The notes beneath the pieces were generated by a model, which saw only the letters and a program-made list of their open reading frames with translations, was not told where the DNA came from and did not search any database. The position numbers and the translations under genes were made by a program. A stretch of DNA of 63,567 nt, counting the filler, from Thraustochytrium aureum (Eukaryota): assembly GCA_012862495.1 (NCBI GenBank). It is 4 parts of 3 records of this genome, joined end to end, with 100 filler letters (N's around TTAATTAATTAA, not from the genome) between each part and the next. Parts side by side here need not be neighbours in the genome. Positions count along the whole stretch, not along the records: positions 58,884 to 62,259 come from BLSG01000144.1; positions 62,360 to 63,567 come from BLSG01000148.1; 2 more parts are not named here. One strand, given 5' to 3'. Below, piece after piece: positions 60,037 through 63,567 of the stretch. The stretch's first letter is position 1. Every line of letters begins with the position of its first letter.

Positions 60037-60521
60037 CTACATTGCTGGTTCGGGCGGCGGTTCAAAGGACCGCGTAATTGGGTCCAGCGAAGTGTACAGA
60101 CGCATGAGGCGGTGCTTGATGGCCGTCATCGTTGTCGCCTTGCCGCCGCAAACCGCCGCGATGTACTGGTTTCCAATCCGAACAGCACCGATCCGGCCCA
60201 TCTCGCAGTCAAGCGTCACCATCGTGAGCGGGCCGCTCTTGAACTGAATCCCCGCCGACTCATAATCAGCCCACACGTTTGACAGTATGGCCGCCGCGAC
60301 ATGCGCCTCCTTGCTCTTGTCCTGCGACAGCGCGCCGCTCGTGCCAAGCAACGACCCGTCGTCGCACATCAGTCTGCGCGCTCCTCCGTGGCGCCTCGCG
60401 TCAGCCAACACAATCCGCAGCGCACCCCTCCGCAGCGAGCCTCAGCAACTCACAGCGCCGAGTCGACGCCATCCCCGTGGACCTGCTCCAGCAGGCGCGG
60501 GATCACCCGCGCCTTGATCAT
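60037..60521 (-). CDS. LAMTOR2: Ragulator complex subunit LAMTOR2 (roadblock domain); exons 60521-60454 and 60373-60037
   Basis: The spliced product MIKARVIPRLLEQVHGDGVDSALLMCDDGSLLGTSG...AHVAAAILSNVWADYE...LTMVTLDCEMGRIGAVRI parallels human LAMTOR2 (GVQSTLLLNNEGSLLAYSG; AAIASNIWAAY; ILMDCMEGRVAI). The 80-nt intron has GTGAGT..GCTGAC..CAG. Confidence 0.9.
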
Positions 60522-60807
60522 CCCGTCGAAGGCCGCACCGCTTCGCCTGCTGTCCTGCCTGAGGGACTGCGTCTCACTGACCGAATGACCGAATGACTGA
60601 CTGACTGACTGAGCGAATGACTGAGACAGCAGCAGCGCGCCGTGCGCGCGTCGGTCCTTCGAGCTCTGCTGCAACGCCTGCTCGTCGCGATTCTTGGCAG
60701 ACTAAATACGTGCGCTTCTCGACGGAACTATCCGTTAACAACGGATGGAATCGTTTTAAAGGGACGTCTCCGTTTACATCGGACGTTGCCGGCCTTTATG
60801 CCTCAAC

Positions 60808-60959
60808 GATGGACGGTTCCGTTATCGATGGAATGATGCGTTGTAGCTGGGTAGTGCCGTCAGTAATGGAACACCCTGGTTTTGCGGACCCCAAGGATGG
60901 ATGGTTCCGTTATCAATGGTAGTCTTCGTCTTAGCTGGGTAGTGCCGTTGTTCATGGAA
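60808..60959. repeat. Two imperfect 64-bp direct repeats (60808-60871, 60896-60959) in a divergent intergenic region
   Basis: GATGGAYGGTTCCGTTATCRATGG...TAGCTGGGTAGTGCCGT...ATGGAA present twice, 88 bp apart. Confidence 0.8.
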
Positions 60960-61245
60960 AGAGGAGAGGCAGCAGAAGGTCGAGCAGTGCGCCTTTGCGT
61001 GACTGCAGGGGGCGCCGGGCAGCGGGGAGCGCAGCACGGCGGCGAGCGGCTTCGTCGCGTGGGCTCGCAAGAGCGCGGCCGGGCCATCCCCGGACCCCGC
61101 CTGGGCTTGAGTGCCGGCGTGCTCGGGGCTCGCTCACTGCAGGCTCGATCGTCCGGCTCGCAGCTGGCCAGCGGCCCGGCCCTCCTTTGCGGCGCGAGGC
61201 GAGGCGCTGGTCAGCCGGCTGGCGGGTGCGACTGCCGACGAGGCA

Positions 61246-62259
61246 ATGACGACTGGGCCGCCGGACGATATCGACACGGAGATGGCCTCTGCGCCTCCGC
61301 CGCCCATTGAGGCTGCCTCGCCGAGGTCCCCGCCGAGCGCCGCGAAAACGCCAACAGAAAAAGACGCCAAGGCCGCTGGCGCGGCAACCAGCCGCAGCTC
61401 TATGAGCAAGCGAGACAAACAACGGTCCCGAGAAATCGACGAGGCCTTCCCGTGGGACGAGAACAAGGACAGGTGCATCGAGCTTTTGGAAAACTTGATG
61501 GGGCTGAGCGAGTGCCACGAGTTCATCAACGAGTCCAACTGGGACGCCTTTGAGTTTTACCGCGACTACGTGGAGGAGCCCTTGGCCTTGGCCGTCGTGA
61601 TGCGGCGCCTCAAGCGCGACGAGTCGGCCAAGGGCAAAAAGCGCATCACCAAAGTCTCCGCGTTTGTGCGCAAAGTGCGGCAGGTCTTCGTGAACGCGTT
61701 GCGGTACTGGCGCAACCACCCGACGCTCCGCGAGAGCATCTACACAGTCCTTGACACGTTCAAAGAGCGCCTGTTCGCGGCCATCCCGGGCCTGGAGGCC
61801 GTGATGACCCGCGACCGGCTCGCAGACAAGGCCAAGCTCGCAGAGTGCAGGGCCACTCTCGAGAAGGTGGTCTTGGCCAGCTACATGGTCCGCCCGATCG
61901 AGCTCCCGCACGACCACCCCACCGTGAGCGAGGCATTCCCAGACTTTGAACAGGTGCTCGGCCCGGATGCGCGCCCGTTCGTCTGCCTCACAGATGTCGT
62001 GAGCCGCCTTAACTACGAAGAGTACCTGAGCGTGGACGAGTTTTTCGAAGATGCGGTCAAGGCCTTTGAAGACTGGTCGCAGTACGCCGCCCTCAACGGA
62101 CGCTCGAAAAAGGCGCCAAAGGACGCCAAGGCGCCGAAGGGCGCGTCAAAGGGCTCCGAGATCGCCAAGGTGGCTAAAGCCGCCAAGTCTGGCCTCCGCA
62201 TCATCCGCTCCAGCATGAAGTCGCTCGTCAAGGTCAAGGGAGCCCGTCAGCAAGCAGCG
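61246..62259 (+). CDS. Protein with two degenerate bromodomain-like repeats; truncated at scaffold end
   Basis: CIELLENLM..F...FYRDYVEEPLALAVVMRRLK...FVRKVRQVFVNALRYW, and a second unit FPDFEQVL..PFVCLTDVVSRLNYEEYLSVDEFFEDAVKAFEDWSQY. Confidence 0.7.
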
Positions 62260-62359
62260 NNNNNNNNNNNNNNNNNNNNNNNNNNNNNNNNNNNNNNNNN
62301 NNNTTAATTAATTAANNNNNNNNNNNNNNNNNNNNNNNNNNNNNNNNNNNNNNNNNNNN
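62260..62359. other. Artificial scaffold-join spacer
   Basis: N-TTAATTAATTAA-N at 62304-62315. Confidence 0.95.
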
Positions 62360-62360
62360 C

Positions 62361-62696
62361 GAGGAAGAGGCCGCCAACTTTGACAAGGCCGAGTATTTCG
62401 AGACGAGCGAGGCGTTCAGCGACCGGGCCTTCAACCGCCCCACGCGCGACAAGCTCGCCGCTGGAAAACTGCTCGTCGCGGGCGACATGGCCACCGTCAA
62501 GAGCGCGGTCAAGCACCGCGCGAAGGCCTACCGTGAGCTGGCGGGCCACGTGCGCCGCAAAGAAAAGGTGCGCCAGGCTCTCGACCACGTCGAGATGTAC
62601 AAAAAACTCAACGGCAAGGGCGTGCGCTACAAGGTCAAGGACGGCGAGAACGGCGCGCCGCCCGTGTACAAGTGGAAGCAAGAGCGCAAGCGCTAG
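62361..62696 (+). CDS. UTP11: U3 snoRNA-associated protein 11, C-terminal part
   Basis: FDKAEYFETSEAFSDRAFNRP...YRELAGHVRRKEKV...KGVRYKVKDGENGAPPVYKWKQERKR* is the characteristic UTP11 C-terminus. Confidence 0.9.
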   Translation, partial: EEEAANFDKAEYFETSEAFSDRAFNRPTRDKLAAGKLLVAGDMATVKSAVKHRAKAYRELAGHVRRKEKVRQALDHVEMYKKLNGKGVRYKVKDGENGAPPVYKWKQERKR

Positions 62697-63567
62697 CCAG
62701 CCGCGTGGCGAGTGCCAGCCGCGCCGGTCTTAGCACTGGTTGACATCTTGCACTCAACCTGCACTCTATTGCACTGCAAAATTGTAACCCTCCAAATTGC
62801 CCGTCCTCGCCTTGTTTTCGGAAAGGACGGCCGAGGTGGCCGTTCAGTCGATGCGCTTGCCCCGTCCTCCTTGCGCGTCTGACCCGCCGGGATGGAAACA
62901 ATGCTTTCGATTCGATCGGCACGATTTCATCTTGCATGCGCTCGACGAACCAGATCACGCACAGCACAGCAAGTCTCTTTCATTGATCTTGATCAAGATC
63001 GAAGATCGATTTCATGCAAAGCCCTGGACCTTTTGCTTCGCCTGTCATCAATCAATCAACCAAAACGCGCCGCCACACGGTCGGTCTGCGCGACGGCCAC
63101 AAGTCACCGCGACGTCCCCAAAACAGCGAAAACAACCGAAAACAACGACAAATTCAAAAACGCAAAAGTTTTCCCCACACCAACCCATCACCTCCGCCAT
63201 GACGCCATCATGCTTTGCCCCGCCGTCCATGACGCCATCCCTCCCCTTTTTCCCCGCGCTCTCGGCGAACCGGCCAAAACCCCATTTAGCCACCGTTCCC
63301 CCCGGGCATCGCCCTCACAGAGCACTGACTAAACGCGAACCCTAGCGGTTCTCAAGCGCGTTCTCACAGCGGGTTCTCGAGGGTTAGGAGGCGGGAAAAC
63401 GGCCATACTACTCTACTTACTCTTACGTGCGTTGTAGAGGAGCCACCTTACTGGTAGAGTGCAGAGAGACGCGAGAGAGACGGCAGGCAGGCCGGCAGGC
63501 AGGCAGGCAGGCAGACACCCAACGCGAGAGGCGACCGAGAGGCAGCGCGGCCGCAGGGGCAGGGGCA

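Noticed and set aside
1431..60521. TORC1 gene cluster (RAPTOR + AGC kinase + LAMTOR2)
   Set aside because: LAMTOR2 is separated from RAPTOR by two artificial scaffold-join spacers, so physical linkage is unsupported.

Overview
Gene-dense, GC-rich, intron-poor eukaryotic genomic DNA from a gappy draft assembly. A flagellated protist is inferred (an axonemal NWE-motif protein, an enolase-4-like protein); a stramenopile such as a labyrinthulomycete is plausible but not proven. Three 100-nt spacers (N44-TTAATTAATTAA-N44, near 27.2, 58.8 and 62.3 kb) join what are probably four independent scaffolds, so linkage across them is not evidence of real adjacency. Recognisable genes: RAPTOR/KOG1, an enolase-4-like pseudoenzyme, an NSUN2/Trm4-type m5C methyltransferase, a YccU-like CoA-binding protein, a CNT/SLC28 nucleoside transporter, NUF2, an SNM1/Apollo/Artemis-type nuclease with an apparent C-terminal Myb/SANT-like domain, an AGC kinase, WASH1, an M6 metalloprotease, a G6Pase/PAP2-like membrane protein, a secreted MIB-HERC2+LRR protein, STK19, a VPS13 with an inserted PDZ domain, a PX-BAR sorting nexin, a J-domain protein, LAMTOR2, a degenerate double-bromodomain protein and the 3' end of UTP11. 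Five short spliceosomal introns were reconstructed by hand. Many genes carry frame breaks, mostly one missing base, best explained as sequencing error. I found no CRISPR array, rRNA, tRNA or transposon, and no clearly new multi-gene system. The best leads are unusual domain architectures and structured intergenic repeats, notably a palindromic 22-bp array bounded by 26-bp direct repeats upstream of RAPTOR.
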